Below, in pieces: positions 1-8,193 of a stretch of 64,000 nucleotides of DNA. Location of the stretch: positions 220,211-284,210 of the forward strand of contig CAVQEN010000020.1 in NCBI GenBank assembly GCA_963711535.1, written 5' to 3'. Source of the DNA: an uncultured Actinomycetota bacterium (GTDB lineage: Bacteria > Actinomycetota > Actinomycetes > Streptosporangiales > Streptosporangiaceae). Both the position numbers and the translations under genes were made by a program. Each line of letters begins with the position of its first letter. Position 1 is the stretch's first letter. The notes under the pieces are model-generated. The model worked only from the letters and a program-made list of their open reading frames with translations. It was not told the origin of the DNA and searched no databases.

Positions 1-1632
1 AGGGGCGCGTCGCGGCGGCAGCTGGCCATCGCCGCGCTGGCCGGCAGTGCGGTAGCCGCGCTACCGGGAATCGCGGCCGGCATCGCGATCGCGGTCCTGC
101 TGACGCCGGGAGGCGGATCGCCGCTCGCCTGGTGGCTGGCCGCGGGGACGCTCCTGGTCGCGCTGGCCGGGCCGGCGGCGATCACCGTGCGGGTGCACCG
201 CGGCTACGCGGCGATGACCAGGCCGGACCAGCCGGCGCCCCGGATGTCCGCACTCCGGCGGCTGATCGCCGAGGCCGCGCTCGGCCTCGCCTCGGTCGGC
301 GGGCTGATCGTGCTGCGGGATCAGGGCGTCGGCAGGCATGAGGACCTGTACGCCAGCGCTGCCCCGATCCTGCTCGCCATCCCGGTCGCGATGGTCGCGC
401 TCAGGCTCTACCCGCTGGTGGTGCGGCCGCTGCTGCTCCTGGCCAGCCGCCGGACCGGCGTGACGGCGTTCCTCGGCCTGGCCAGGGCGGCGCGGGTGTC
501 GGCCACGGCGGTACTGCCGGCCTTCGCGATGGTGCTGGCGCTGTCGCTGGTGTCGTTCGCCGGCATGGTCCGCGGCGCGGTGATCCGCGGCGAGGTGACG
601 CAGTCCTGGCAGGAAGCCGGCGCGGACGCGGTGGTCAGCGTGCCCGTCGGCCTGTCCGCCGCGCAGCAGCGGGCCATCGCGGCTGTGCCCGGCGTACAGC
701 ACACTGCGCTGCTTGCGACGATGCCCGCGATGCGCGGCTACTCGGGCAGCCCCCTGAACGTCCTGATCGCCGACCCGGCGCAGTACGCCGCGCTGCGCGC
801 GTCGATGCCGCTCGGGTCCGTGCCCGGCCGGTTCGCCGACTGGCACGGCGGCGCGGCCGCCAGCCGCGCCCGCCCCGTGCCGGTGCTGGCATCCGCCGGG
901 GCAGCCTCCCTGCTCGGGCCCGGTGCCGTCACCCTCATCCTGCAGAACTACCAGCACGTCCGGGTCCAGGTCACCGGGTCGGCGCCGGCCATGTCGCAGG
1001 TCCAGGCGGCCGGGCTGAGTGCCGCCGGGTACGTCGTGCTGCCGCGCTCGGCGCTCGGGCCGGGCGCGCCAGCGCCCAACGCGATGCTGGTGGCCGGGTA
1101 CGATCTGGACACCGGCGCGCTGACTGCGACGGTAGCGCGGTGGCATCTGTCTGGCGCGGAAGTCACGCTCCGGTCGCAGCTGCTGTCGGCGCTCGAACAG
1201 GCGCCGCTGCAGCATGCCGCGTACACGGACCTCGAGCTTGGCGGCGATGCCGCGGCGATCGGATGCCTGCTCGTGCTGCTGCTGACGCTCATGCTGTCCG
1301 CAGGGTCCCGGCAGATGACGCTGGCCCGGGCGGCGACGATGGGGATGTCGACGGCGCAAGGCCGCTGGCTGGCCCTCATCGAGTCGCTGCCGCAGATCGT
1401 GTCCGTGCTGGCCGGCGGGCTCGCCTGCGCGCTGGCGCTTGCGCCGCTTGTCGGGCCGGCGCTCAGCCTGTCGGTGTTCACCGGATCGGCGGCCGGCGTG
1501 CCGGTTCGGATCGAGCCGCTGTGGCTGACCGGTACCGCGATCGCACTGCTGGTCCTGGCGATCGCGACGCTGACCGGCCAGACGGTGGCGGCCAGCCGGG
1601 GGACACCTCGTTTCCTTCGGATAGGAGGGTAG
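1..1632 (+). CDS. FtsX/MacB-family ABC transporter permease (C-terminal part, 5' end outside window)
   Basis: Frame 1 is open from base 1 to TAG 1630-1632; the track ORF 187..1632 is only its Met-initiated part. Long hydrophobic helices (ILLAIPVAMVALRLYPLVV, LLVLLLTLMLSAG, TGTAIALLVLAIATL) flank an Ala/Gly-rich soluble stretch, as in the permeases at 43499 and 45270. An ABC ATPase gene follows 21 nt downstream. Confidence 0.75.
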   Translation, partial: RGASRRQLAIAALAGSAVAALPGIAAGIAIAVLLTPGGGSPLAWWLAAGTLLVALAGPAAITVRVHRGYAAMTRPDQPAPRMSALRRLIAEAALGLASVGGLIVLRDQGVGRHEDLYASAAPILLAIPVAMVALRLYPLVVRPLLLLASRRTGVTAFLGLARAARVSATAVLPAFAMVLALSLVSFAGMVRGAVIRGEVTQSWQEAGADAVVSVPVGLSAAQQRAIAAVPGVQHTALLATMPAMRGYSGSPLNVLIADPAQYAALRASMPLGSVPGRFADWHGGAAASRARPVPVLASAGAASLLGPGAVTLILQNYQHVRVQVTGSAPAMSQVQAAGLSAAGYVVLPRSALGPGAPAPNAMLVAGYDLDTGALTATVARWHLSGAEVTLRSQLLSALEQAPLQHAAYTDLELGGDAAAIGCLLVLLLTLMLSAGSRQMTLARAATMGMSTAQGRWLALIESLPQIVSVLAGGLACALALAPLVGPALSLSVFTGSAAGVPVRIEPLWLTGTAIALLVLAIATLTGQTVAASRGTPRFLRIGG

Positions 1633-1653
1633 GACGACCATGGGGAGACTCGC

Positions 1654-2640
1654 ATGACAGGGCCGGGGATCGCCGCGGCAGCCGGCATCGCCGAGCTGGG
1701 CGCGGAGGCGCAGCGGGCGAGGACCTCGTACGGCGAGGGCGCCCTCGTCGTCTGCGACCAGGTCGTGCGCATCTACTCCGGCGACGGCATCGAGGTGCAG
1801 GCGCTGCAGGGCCTCGACCTGCTGATCGGCCGCGGGGAGCTGGTCGCGATGGTCGGCGCGTCTGGCAGCGGCAAGTCCACCCTGATGAACATCCTGGCCG
1901 GGCTGGACACCCCGAGCGCGGGACGGGTGCAAGTCGCCGGGCAGGACATCGGCTCGCTTGGCGCCAGGGAGCGGCTGACGTACCGCCGTCAGCAGGTCGG
2001 ATTCGTCTGGCAGCAGACCTCGCGCAACCTGCTGCCGTACCTCACCGGCAGGCAGAATGTGGTCACGCCGATGCGGTTCAACCGCTACCCCCGGCGGCAG
2101 CGGAACGAGCGCGTCACGGAGCTGCTCGGCATTCTCGGCGTGGCGCACTGCGCGGACCGGGTGCCGTCGGCGATGTCCGGTGGGGAGCAGCAGCGGATGG
2201 CCATCGCGACCGCGCTGGCGAACGACCCGGCGCTGCTGCTGGCCGACGAGCCCACTGGTGAGCTGGACAGTCACACCGCGCAGGACGTGTTCCGGGCGCT
2301 GCAGACGGCCAATACCGAGCTTGGCGCCACCGTGCTGGTCGTCACGCATGACTCCGCTGTGTCGCACCAGGTGCAGCGGACGGTCGCCATCAGGGACGGC
2401 CGGACTAGCTCGGAGACGCTGCGGCACGACGCGGCCGACGAGTCGGGCAAGACCGTGCGCCAGGCTGTCGAGTACGCGGTCCTGGACCGGGCCGGCCGGG
2501 TGCAGCTGCCACGGGACATGACCGAGCGGCACCAGATGCGCGACCGCGTCCGGCTGCGTTCGCTGGACGATCACATCGGCGTCTGGCCGGACCAGCCGGC
2601 TGCGGCGGCCGACTCGGGCGAAGAGGACCTGGCGCGATGA
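1654..2640 (+). CDS. ABC transporter ATP-binding protein (MacB/LolD-like) with C-terminal extension
   Basis: Walker A GASGSGKST, signature LSGGEQQR, Walker B LLLADEPTGELD, H-loop VTHD. Its stop overlaps the next start (ATGA at 2637-2640). Confidence 0.9.
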   Translation: MTGPGIAAAAGIAELGAEAQRARTSYGEGALVVCDQVVRIYSGDGIEVQALQGLDLLIGRGELVAMVGASGSGKSTLMNILAGLDTPSAGRVQVAGQDIGSLGARERLTYRRQQVGFVWQQTSRNLLPYLTGRQNVVTPMRFNRYPRRQRNERVTELLGILGVAHCADRVPSAMSGGEQQRMAIATALANDPALLLADEPTGELDSHTAQDVFRALQTANTELGATVLVVTHDSAVSHQVQRTVAIRDGRTSSETLRHDAADESGKTVRQAVEYAVLDRAGRVQLPRDMTERHQMRDRVRLRSLDDHIGVWPDQPAAAADSGEEDLAR

Positions 2641-3374
2641 CGGAGCACGCCATCAGCGGGCGCACCCGGGGCGTGCCACCCGGCCTGGACGACAGTAGCC
2701 CGATGGTCGTGGCCCGTGACGTCAGCCGGACGTTCGGCCATGGCGGTATCGCCGTGCACGCCGTCCGCCGTGTCTCGTTCACGATCGGCCGCGGTCAGCT
2801 CGTGGCCCTGGTCGGCCGGTCGGGCTCCGGCAAGACCACGCTGCTCAACATGGTCGGCGGCCTCGACACGCCGACCAGCGGCGAGGTGCTGCTCGGCGGC
2901 CGGAACGTCGCCGCGATGCCCGCACGGGAGCGGACGATGCTGCGACGCAGCACCGTCTCGTTTATCTTCCAGTCGTTCGGGCTGATCCCGATGCTGACTG
3001 CCGCCGAGAACGTCGGCATCCCGCTGCGGATCACCGGCACGCCGCGGGCGGAACGCGAGGAGCGCATCAGGCTGCTGCTGAGCGTCGTCGGCCTCGACGG
3101 GCACGCGCAGCAGCGGCCGAACGAGCTTTCCGGCGGGCAGCAGCAGCGCGTTGCCATCGCCCGGGCGCTTGCGGTGGCGCCCGAGCTGCTGATCGCCGAT
3201 GAGCCGACCGGCCAGCTGGACTCCGAGACCGGGCGGCAGATCATGCGGCTGCTGCGGACGGTAGTGGCGACCGAGGGCATCACGGCGCTGGTCGCCACGC
3301 ACGATCAGGCGCTGCACGACCTGGCCGACGACGTGCTGCGGATCGAGGACGGCGCGCTGATCAGCGCGGAGTGA
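2637..3374 (+). CDS. ABC transporter ATP-binding protein (second ATPase of the locus)
   Basis: Walker A GRSGSGKTT, signature LSGGQQQR, Walker B LLIADEPTGQLD, H-loop ATHD. Confidence 0.9.
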   Translation: MTEHAISGRTRGVPPGLDDSSPMVVARDVSRTFGHGGIAVHAVRRVSFTIGRGQLVALVGRSGSGKTTLLNMVGGLDTPTSGEVLLGGRNVAAMPARERTMLRRSTVSFIFQSFGLIPMLTAAENVGIPLRITGTPRAEREERIRLLLSVVGLDGHAQQRPNELSGGQQQRVAIARALAVAPELLIADEPTGQLDSETGRQIMRLLRTVVATEGITALVATHDQALHDLADDVLRIEDGALISAE

Positions 3375-3897
3375 TGTCCGCGAGGAAGCTGATGGCCGCG
3401 GCCGCGTTCGCGCGGCGCCAGGCCAGCAGCGTCGCATCGAAACCATCCGGCTCGTCACCCCGCCGTGTGCTGATGGCGCTGGCGATCGGCGCGAGTATCT
3501 CGCGCTGCCGGTGCAGCAGGCCGGCCGGGTCAGCGCCGGCCCGGTGCAGCAGCGCCAGCTTCATCAGCAAGTGCGAGCGCACGTCGCGAACATGCTCGAC
3601 GGGGGTATCCCGCCAGGCCTGCACCGCCATCGCGCCGGCTGCGGTCGCGGTGTAGATCGTGCGCTGCGGGCCGTTACCCGGCTCGACGCCGTCCGCGGTG
3701 ATCAGGTCCGCGGCAGCGAGCCGGCCGATGGCCCGGTAGACGACGGGCCGCGGGATGTGCCAGACGCGGCCCAGGTCGCCGTCGTTCGCCGTGACCAGGG
3801 AGATGGCGAAACCGTGGGTCGGGCGCTCGCTGATGACGGCGAGAACCACCCACTCGGGCAGCGACAGCGCCGGCAGCGAAGGCATGCGCCCGAGCAT
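3361..3897 (-). CDS. PadR-family transcriptional regulator
   Basis: Winged-helix PadR-like sequence (WVVLAVISERPTHGFAISL ... IPRPVVYRAIGRLAAADLI ... QRTIYTATAAG). Start placed at ATG 3897 (residue 77 of track ORF 3361..4125); the upstream part is Arg/Gly-rich and runs into the divergent gene. Alternative ATG at 3885. The 3' end overlaps the convergent ABC gene by 14 nt. Confidence 0.8.
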   Translation of the reverse strand: MLGRMPSLPALSLPEWVVLAVISERPTHGFAISLVTANDGDLGRVWHIPRPVVYRAIGRLAAADLITADGVEPGNGPQRTIYTATAAGAMAVQAWRDTPVEHVRDVRSHLLMKLALLHRAGADPAGLLHRQREILAPIASAISTRRGDEPDGFDATLLAWRRANAAAAISFLADITPR

Positions 3898-3915
3898 AAC
3901 GGCGGCCGGGCGGGT

Positions 3916-3961
3916 GGTAGTGACTCCGGCAGCCGGACTGAGTAGTCTCGTTGTTACTACC
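3916..3961. promoter_or_regulatory. Inverted repeat in the divergent PadR / zinc-finger-gene intergenic region (candidate operator)
   Basis: GGTAGTGAC (3916-3924) and GTTACTACC (3953-3961) are inverted copies matching 8 of 9, 28 nt apart. A third GTAGT core lies between them. Confidence 0.2.
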
Positions 3962-3978
3962 GATCTTCCGGGAGAGCC

Positions 3979-5043
3979 GTGATGACGGAGGTGACCGCGC
4001 TCCGGCGGGCGCCCGAGCCGAAGGCGCCAGCCCTGTGCGCTGTGGCGGGCTGCCTGCCCGACGGCACGCCGTTCTACGCGCCGGTGGGTGAGGTTGTCAC
4101 GGACGGCAATCTTGTCGTCTGCCATCTCTGCGGACAGCCGAAGCGATCAGTGACCGCGCACCTGCGCGGCCACGGCTGGACGAAACAGCAGTACTGCGCA
4201 GCCTTCGGGCTGGAGTACGGCCAGTCGCTGGAGGGGAGCGCGACCCGGAAGCTACGCTCGGCGGCATTCACGGCCCGGCTGCTGTTCGAGCCCGCGGTGC
4301 GGGACGGCGGTGCGGCCGGGCGCGCGCGGGCGAAGTCAGGCTCGCTGAGCCGGGACGCAGCCGCGGCCGCCCGCGGCCGCCCCCTCCCCGAGCAGCGCCG
4401 CCGGAAGGCCGCCAGCGCTCTCGCACGCGTCCCGCGCGAGTCGATCGCCGCGGCGAGCGCCGAGCGCGCCGCCCGGCAGATCGCCGAGACGGCCGGCCGG
4501 GTGGCAGCCGCGAGCGGCTACCGCAGCATCGGAGACCTGGTGCGGGCCCGCGCCGCCGCCGGCGCGAGCCTCGCGGCCGTCAGCCGTGACTGCGGCCTCC
4601 ACAAGGACTGGCTCTCGCGCCATCTGCCCGCGCTGGACCCGGTTACCGCGCAGTGGGCGGCCGCGGAGGCGGCGCGCGCACGGGCCGCTGCGGCGGACGA
4701 GCGCTGGCGGGACGTACTGACTCGCCTCGACTTCGCCGACGTCAGCAGCTACCTGCGAGACCGGCATGCGGTCCGGCACCAGACGGTCAACCAGATTGCC
4801 GCCGAAGCGGGTGTCAGTCATCACGCCGTTCAGTCCGCGCTGCGCCGCCACGGCATGGCCGCGGAGCTGTATGCCGGGCGCCGTCACGCGGCCCGCGAGC
4901 GCGCGGCAGCGGTAGCAGCGACCGTCGGATTCGGCAGCATCGCCGAGTACGTTGCCCGGCGCCGCGCGGACGGCTGCACCTGGGCTGCGATAGCGGCCGA
5001 GTCCGGCCAGCCGCAGAGCTGGCTGCGCCGCTACAGCAGCTAG
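3979..5043 (+). CDS. Ros/MucR-type C2H2 zinc-finger protein with Ala/Arg-rich linker and three HTH-like repeats
   Basis: VVCHLCGQPKRSVTAHLRGHGWTKQQYCAAFGL has C-X2-C-X9-H-X3-H spacing plus a following G-x-T-x-x-Q-Y-x-x-x-F-G-L, as in Ros/MucR fingers. Three similar helix-turn-helix-like segments follow (SLAAVSRDCGLHKDWLSRHL, TVNQIAAEAGVSHHAVQSALRRHG, TWAAIAAESGQPQSWLRRY). GGGAG RBS sits 5-8 nt before GTG 3979 / ATG 3982. Confidence 0.7.
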   Translation: MMTEVTALRRAPEPKAPALCAVAGCLPDGTPFYAPVGEVVTDGNLVVCHLCGQPKRSVTAHLRGHGWTKQQYCAAFGLEYGQSLEGSATRKLRSAAFTARLLFEPAVRDGGAAGRARAKSGSLSRDAAAAARGRPLPEQRRRKAASALARVPRESIAAASAERAARQIAETAGRVAAASGYRSIGDLVRARAAAGASLAAVSRDCGLHKDWLSRHLPALDPVTAQWAAAEAARARAAAADERWRDVLTRLDFADVSSYLRDRHAVRHQTVNQIAAEAGVSHHAVQSALRRHGMAAELYAGRRHAARERAAAVAATVGFGSIAEYVARRRADGCTWAAIAAESGQPQSWLRRYSS

Positions 5044-5112
5044 TCCCGTCGCCTCGAACTCTGGCTCCGCAACCGGGAGTATGGTCCGTGTGCCCGCGAG
5101 TGAGGAGGGTGC

Positions 5113-5850
5113 ATGGACTTCACGAACCAGACGGCGGTGGTCACCGGGGCTGCTTCCGGGATCGGCCGCGCCGTTACTCTGGCCCTGGCCGGAAACGGGG
5201 CCGTGGTGTTCGCAGCCGACCGTGACCTCGCCGGTGCGCAGCGCACTGCGGCGGCGCACGAGCGCATCACCGCGACGTACCTCGACCTGACCTCCGGGGA
5301 GTCCATCCGGCTCGCGCGGGACGAAGTGATGGGCGCTGTCGGCCACGTTTCTATCCTGGTGAATGCGGCCGGCTGGGATGCTCCCGGCCCGTTCATGTCG
5401 ACTGGGGAGGAGTTCTGGCGGCAGGTGGTGGACATCAACTACCTGGGTCACGTGCGGGTGTCGCACGCGTTCCTCGAGCCGATGATCGCGGCGGGTCAGG
5501 GCGGCAAGATCGTGAACCTGGCAAGCGACGCCGGCCGCGTGGGCAGCAGCGGCGAGACTGTCTACGCGGGGGCGAAGGGCGGCGTGATCGCGTTCACCAA
5601 ATCGCTGGCGCGGGAGGTGGCCCGGCACCAGATCAACGTGAACTGCGTCTGCCCCGGCCCGACCGACACGCCACTGTTCATGACGCTGCCGGAGGGCATC
5701 CGGGAGGGGCTCATCCGGGCGATTCCGTTCCGGCGGGTCGCGCAGCCCGAGGAGATAGCGGATGCCGTGCTGTTCTTCGCCTCCGATATGGCGCGCTACG
5801 TCACTGGTCAGGTGCTGAGCGTCAGCGGCGGCCTCACGATGGCGGGCTGA
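5113..5850 (+). CDS. SDR-family oxidoreductase (FabG-like)
   Basis: N-terminal TGAASGIGRA dinucleotide-binding motif, catalytic YAGAKGGV (YxxxK), NVNCVCPGPTDTP. Confidence 0.9.
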   Translation: MDFTNQTAVVTGAASGIGRAVTLALAGNGAVVFAADRDLAGAQRTAAAHERITATYLDLTSGESIRLARDEVMGAVGHVSILVNAAGWDAPGPFMSTGEEFWRQVVDINYLGHVRVSHAFLEPMIAAGQGGKIVNLASDAGRVGSSGETVYAGAKGGVIAFTKSLAREVARHQINVNCVCPGPTDTPLFMTLPEGIREGLIRAIPFRRVAQPEEIADAVLFFASDMARYVTGQVLSVSGGLTMAG

Positions 5851-5898
5851 CACCACGCCGGGCTGGCAGAATAAGCCGTCTCACCATAAGGAGACTCT

Positions 5899-6591
5899 AT
5901 GGACGATGCGCCGGAAATCATGCCGAGAGCGGCCCAGCCGTACGCGGGCATCTCAGCATGGGTGACTATGGCGGCTGTCGGCTCGGTGGCTGATCGCCTT
6001 CCCGAGATCTTCGGCTGGCTCGGCGCTCGCGGTGTCGCGCCGGCCGGCCCGCCGTTTTTCCGCTACCACGTGATCGACATGGAGCGAGAGCTTCTGGTTG
6101 AGGCCGGCGTTCCGGTCGCATCGCCGGTCGAGGATGACGGCGAGATCCGCGCTGGGACCCTGCCGGCCGGCCGGTTCGCCGTGATGACTCATACCGGCGC
6201 TCCGCCGACCCTGGTGGCCGCCACTGCGGCCCTGCTCGACTGGGCGGAGGAGCGCGGACTGTCCTGGGACGTCTCGGAGACTGACGCGGGGGAGAAGTGG
6301 GGCTGCCGCCTGGAGTCCTACCTGACCGACCCCGCCGAGCAGCCGGACACCAGTAAATGGCAAACGGAGCTGGCGTTCCGGGCCAGCAGGGCGAACGAGT
6401 TGGGCAGCCGCCCGCGCCAGGCCTCCGCGTTGACGCCGGCGGGCCGCCAGAATGGCTCGGGGTATTCGGCGACGTGCAGGAGCTCCAGGCCGGCCGAGAT
6501 CACCGCACTGATGATCTCGGCGAGCGTGCGCTGCCATTCCACCGCACCGCGAGCGGGGAAGGTGTCGTTGCGGTGGCCGCGGCTGAAGTAG
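5899..6591 (+). CDS. GyrI-like small-molecule-binding domain protein with aberrant C-terminal tail
   Basis: PYAGISAWVTM...PEIFGWLGARGVAPAGPPFFRY...AGRFAVMTHTGAP...ESYLTDPAEQPDTSKWQTELAFR resembles GyrI/AraC-effector-domain proteins. After ...ELAFR the ORF continues about 70 low-complexity codons antisense to the neighbouring gene. Confidence 0.7.
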   Translation: MDDAPEIMPRAAQPYAGISAWVTMAAVGSVADRLPEIFGWLGARGVAPAGPPFFRYHVIDMERELLVEAGVPVASPVEDDGEIRAGTLPAGRFAVMTHTGAPPTLVAATAALLDWAEERGLSWDVSETDAGEKWGCRLESYLTDPAEQPDTSKWQTELAFRASRANELGSRPRQASALTPAGRQNGSGYSATCRSSRPAEITALMISASVRCHSTAPRAGKVSLRWPRLK

Positions 6592-7119
6592 CTGCGGTCG
6601 GGCCGGATCCGGGCCTGATCCTCGTCCCAGCTCCACAGCGGCACGATCGGGTGACCCTCGTAGACGAAGAGGTGACCGCCGGGACGCAGCAGTCGCGCCA
6701 CGTCCTGCGCCCACGGCGTGATGTCGGGCAGCCAGATCAGCGCCCCCTTGCCGGTGTAGACCAGATCCGCGCACTCGCTGCGCAGCGGGCAGCCGGGAAG
6801 CGCGGCGACCACGTAGCGAGCCGGGACCGTCAGCTGCCGGGCGCGCCGCTGTGCGGCCGTCGCGGCGACTTCGCTGAAGTCGACACCCACGACCCAGCAG
6901 GCACCGGCCGCGACGAGCGCGATGTCGTCGAGGCCGTTGCCGCTCTGCAGGTGTACGACGCCGGGCGACGACCCCAGGAGCGGGCGCAGGACCTCGAGCT
7001 CGCGGTCGGTGAGCTCCGACTCGGCTCGGGAGCGGGCCAGGAGTTTCCTGATGCTCGCGCACGTACTTCTGCGAGGCGTCTTCCCACGCGATGCGATTCA
7101 GCCTGACATCGGAGTCCAC
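6318..7119 (-). pseudogene. Class I SAM-dependent methyltransferase, apparently frameshifted
   Basis: The N-terminal piece VDSDVRLNRIAWEDASQKYVREHQE (GTG 7119, GGAAGAG RBS upstream) is in one frame. The rest is in another frame: RKLLARSRAESELTDRELEVLRPLLGSSPGVVHLQSGNGLDDIALVAAGACWVVGVDFSEVA...LLRPGGHLFVYEGHP. Deleting one A from the run at 7044-7046 (TTT on plus) joins them as ...REHQELLARSRAE.... Confidence 0.7.
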
Positions 7120-7189
7120 GATCCCGACTCTTCCGCGAGTACGGCGCGATCGGCAACCGGCGAACCGGCGCGAAGCTTGCCGGGCAGCT

Positions 7190-7963
7190 TCAGTATTTCG
7201 GGCCGACGAACTCGTCAAGCCGCGCGACGGCCTCTCGACGGGCCACCGAAATGTTGTTACGCCGCGTGAATCGCCACTTCACCTCAAGCCGATCGAGCAC
7301 CTCGCCGCAGATCTCGAGGATGTCCCGCGACTCGTTGGTGAACATATACCTCGGGTACTCATACCAGTGATCGCCGTCGGCCAGCGGACGCCGGACGCGG
7401 TTGGTGAACCTGCATCCGTCGGAGTGAAAGAGCCCACGCGCAAGGCGGCCAGGATACTGGCTGGTGATCTCGCGCTGCCACGCCGCCAGCGCGATCCTGC
7501 GCTTGTGCTTCTCGCCGGGCCCATGCTGAGGAAACAGGCAGGGCCAGTGCTTGGAGGAGGCCTGCACGTACTTGCAGCCTTCGCTCTGCACGAGGCTCAC
7601 CTTGTTGTCGGGCCGGACGGCTTTAACCGCCGCCTGGCATTCGGCCAGCAAGCCTGGCCAGGCGTCAGCGCACGCGATGCGCATGATCCAGATTCCCATG
7701 GAAGGCTTGCCGCAGACGCTGATGCAACCGTCACCCAAATAGAGCCCGAGCAGGTACGCATAATCGCTTCCAGGCTCTGGGAGCGTCGGCACCGGTGCAC
7801 ACCGTGGGCACACGGAATGGAGGTTCTGTCGTCCTCGGTCCGGATAGAAATACCATTCGCGCAAGGTACGGACAGAAACGTGAGTGCGCAGGCTCGTCTC
7901 GCGAAAGCTCAGGCCGCTCTCCAGGAGCGCCATCGCACAGTCGCGAGCTGCACGCTTGTACAT
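7190..7963 (-). CDS. HTH + double LAGLIDADG-motif protein (free-standing homing-endonuclease-like)
   Basis: N-terminal HTH-like LSFRETSLRTHVSVRTLREW, a CPRC motif, then YLLGLYLGDGCIS and GRLARGLFHSDGC (two LAGLIDADG-type motifs). Start taken at ATG 7963 (MYKRAARD...). The region appears lower in GC than its neighbours and lies directly 3' of the tRNA. Confidence 0.75.
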   Translation of the reverse strand: MYKRAARDCAMALLESGLSFRETSLRTHVSVRTLREWYFYPDRGRQNLHSVCPRCAPVPTLPEPGSDYAYLLGLYLGDGCISVCGKPSMGIWIMRIACADAWPGLLAECQAAVKAVRPDNKVSLVQSEGCKYVQASSKHWPCLFPQHGPGEKHKRRIALAAWQREITSQYPGRLARGLFHSDGCRFTNRVRRPLADGDHWYEYPRYMFTNESRDILEICGEVLDRLEVKWRFTRRNNISVARREAVARLDEFVGPKY

Positions 7964-8056
7964 GGATAAAGCATGACATTGGGCTCTGACAATTCCGGGA
8001 ACCAAGGCGAGCACGCGAAATACGGGCCAGTAAGACTACGGCCGGCCCCGTTTGGT

Positions 8057-8133
8057 TGGTGCCCCGGGTGGGATTCGAACCCACACTGTACGGCTTTTGA
8101 AACCGCTCTCTCTCCCGGTTGGAGTAACGGGGC
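8057..8133 (-). tRNA. 77-nt tRNA with encoded CCA; anticodon loop UU-CAA-AA but short (5-nt) variable loop
   Basis: Reverse complement reads GCCCCGTTACTCCAACCGGGAGAGAGAGCGGTTTCAAAAGCCGTACAGTGTGGGTTCGAATCCCACCCGGGGCACCA. It has an acceptor stem GCCCCGU/CCGGGGC, a D-loop with GG, an anticodon stem GCGGU/GCCGU, a T-arm GTGGG-TTCGAAT-CCCAC and discriminator A. The G-U pairs are valid only on the minus strand. Confidence 0.8.
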
Positions 8134-8193
8134 CCGCCGCCTCAGCCGGAGGCGCTGAACGTCAATGTACCGGGTCTTCGGTACGCTCTGCTC

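Noticed and set aside
61-2574. Very long antisense or alternative-frame ORFs throughout the track (for example 61..2574 -, 4336..5856 -, 16481..18067 +, 45366..47204 -, 50891..52306 -, 61023..62438 +).
   Set aside because: Their translations are Arg/Pro/Gly/Ala-rich low-complexity strings with no motifs. They lie opposite or out of frame to genes with clear family signatures. Long spurious ORFs are expected in high-GC DNA because stop codons are rare.
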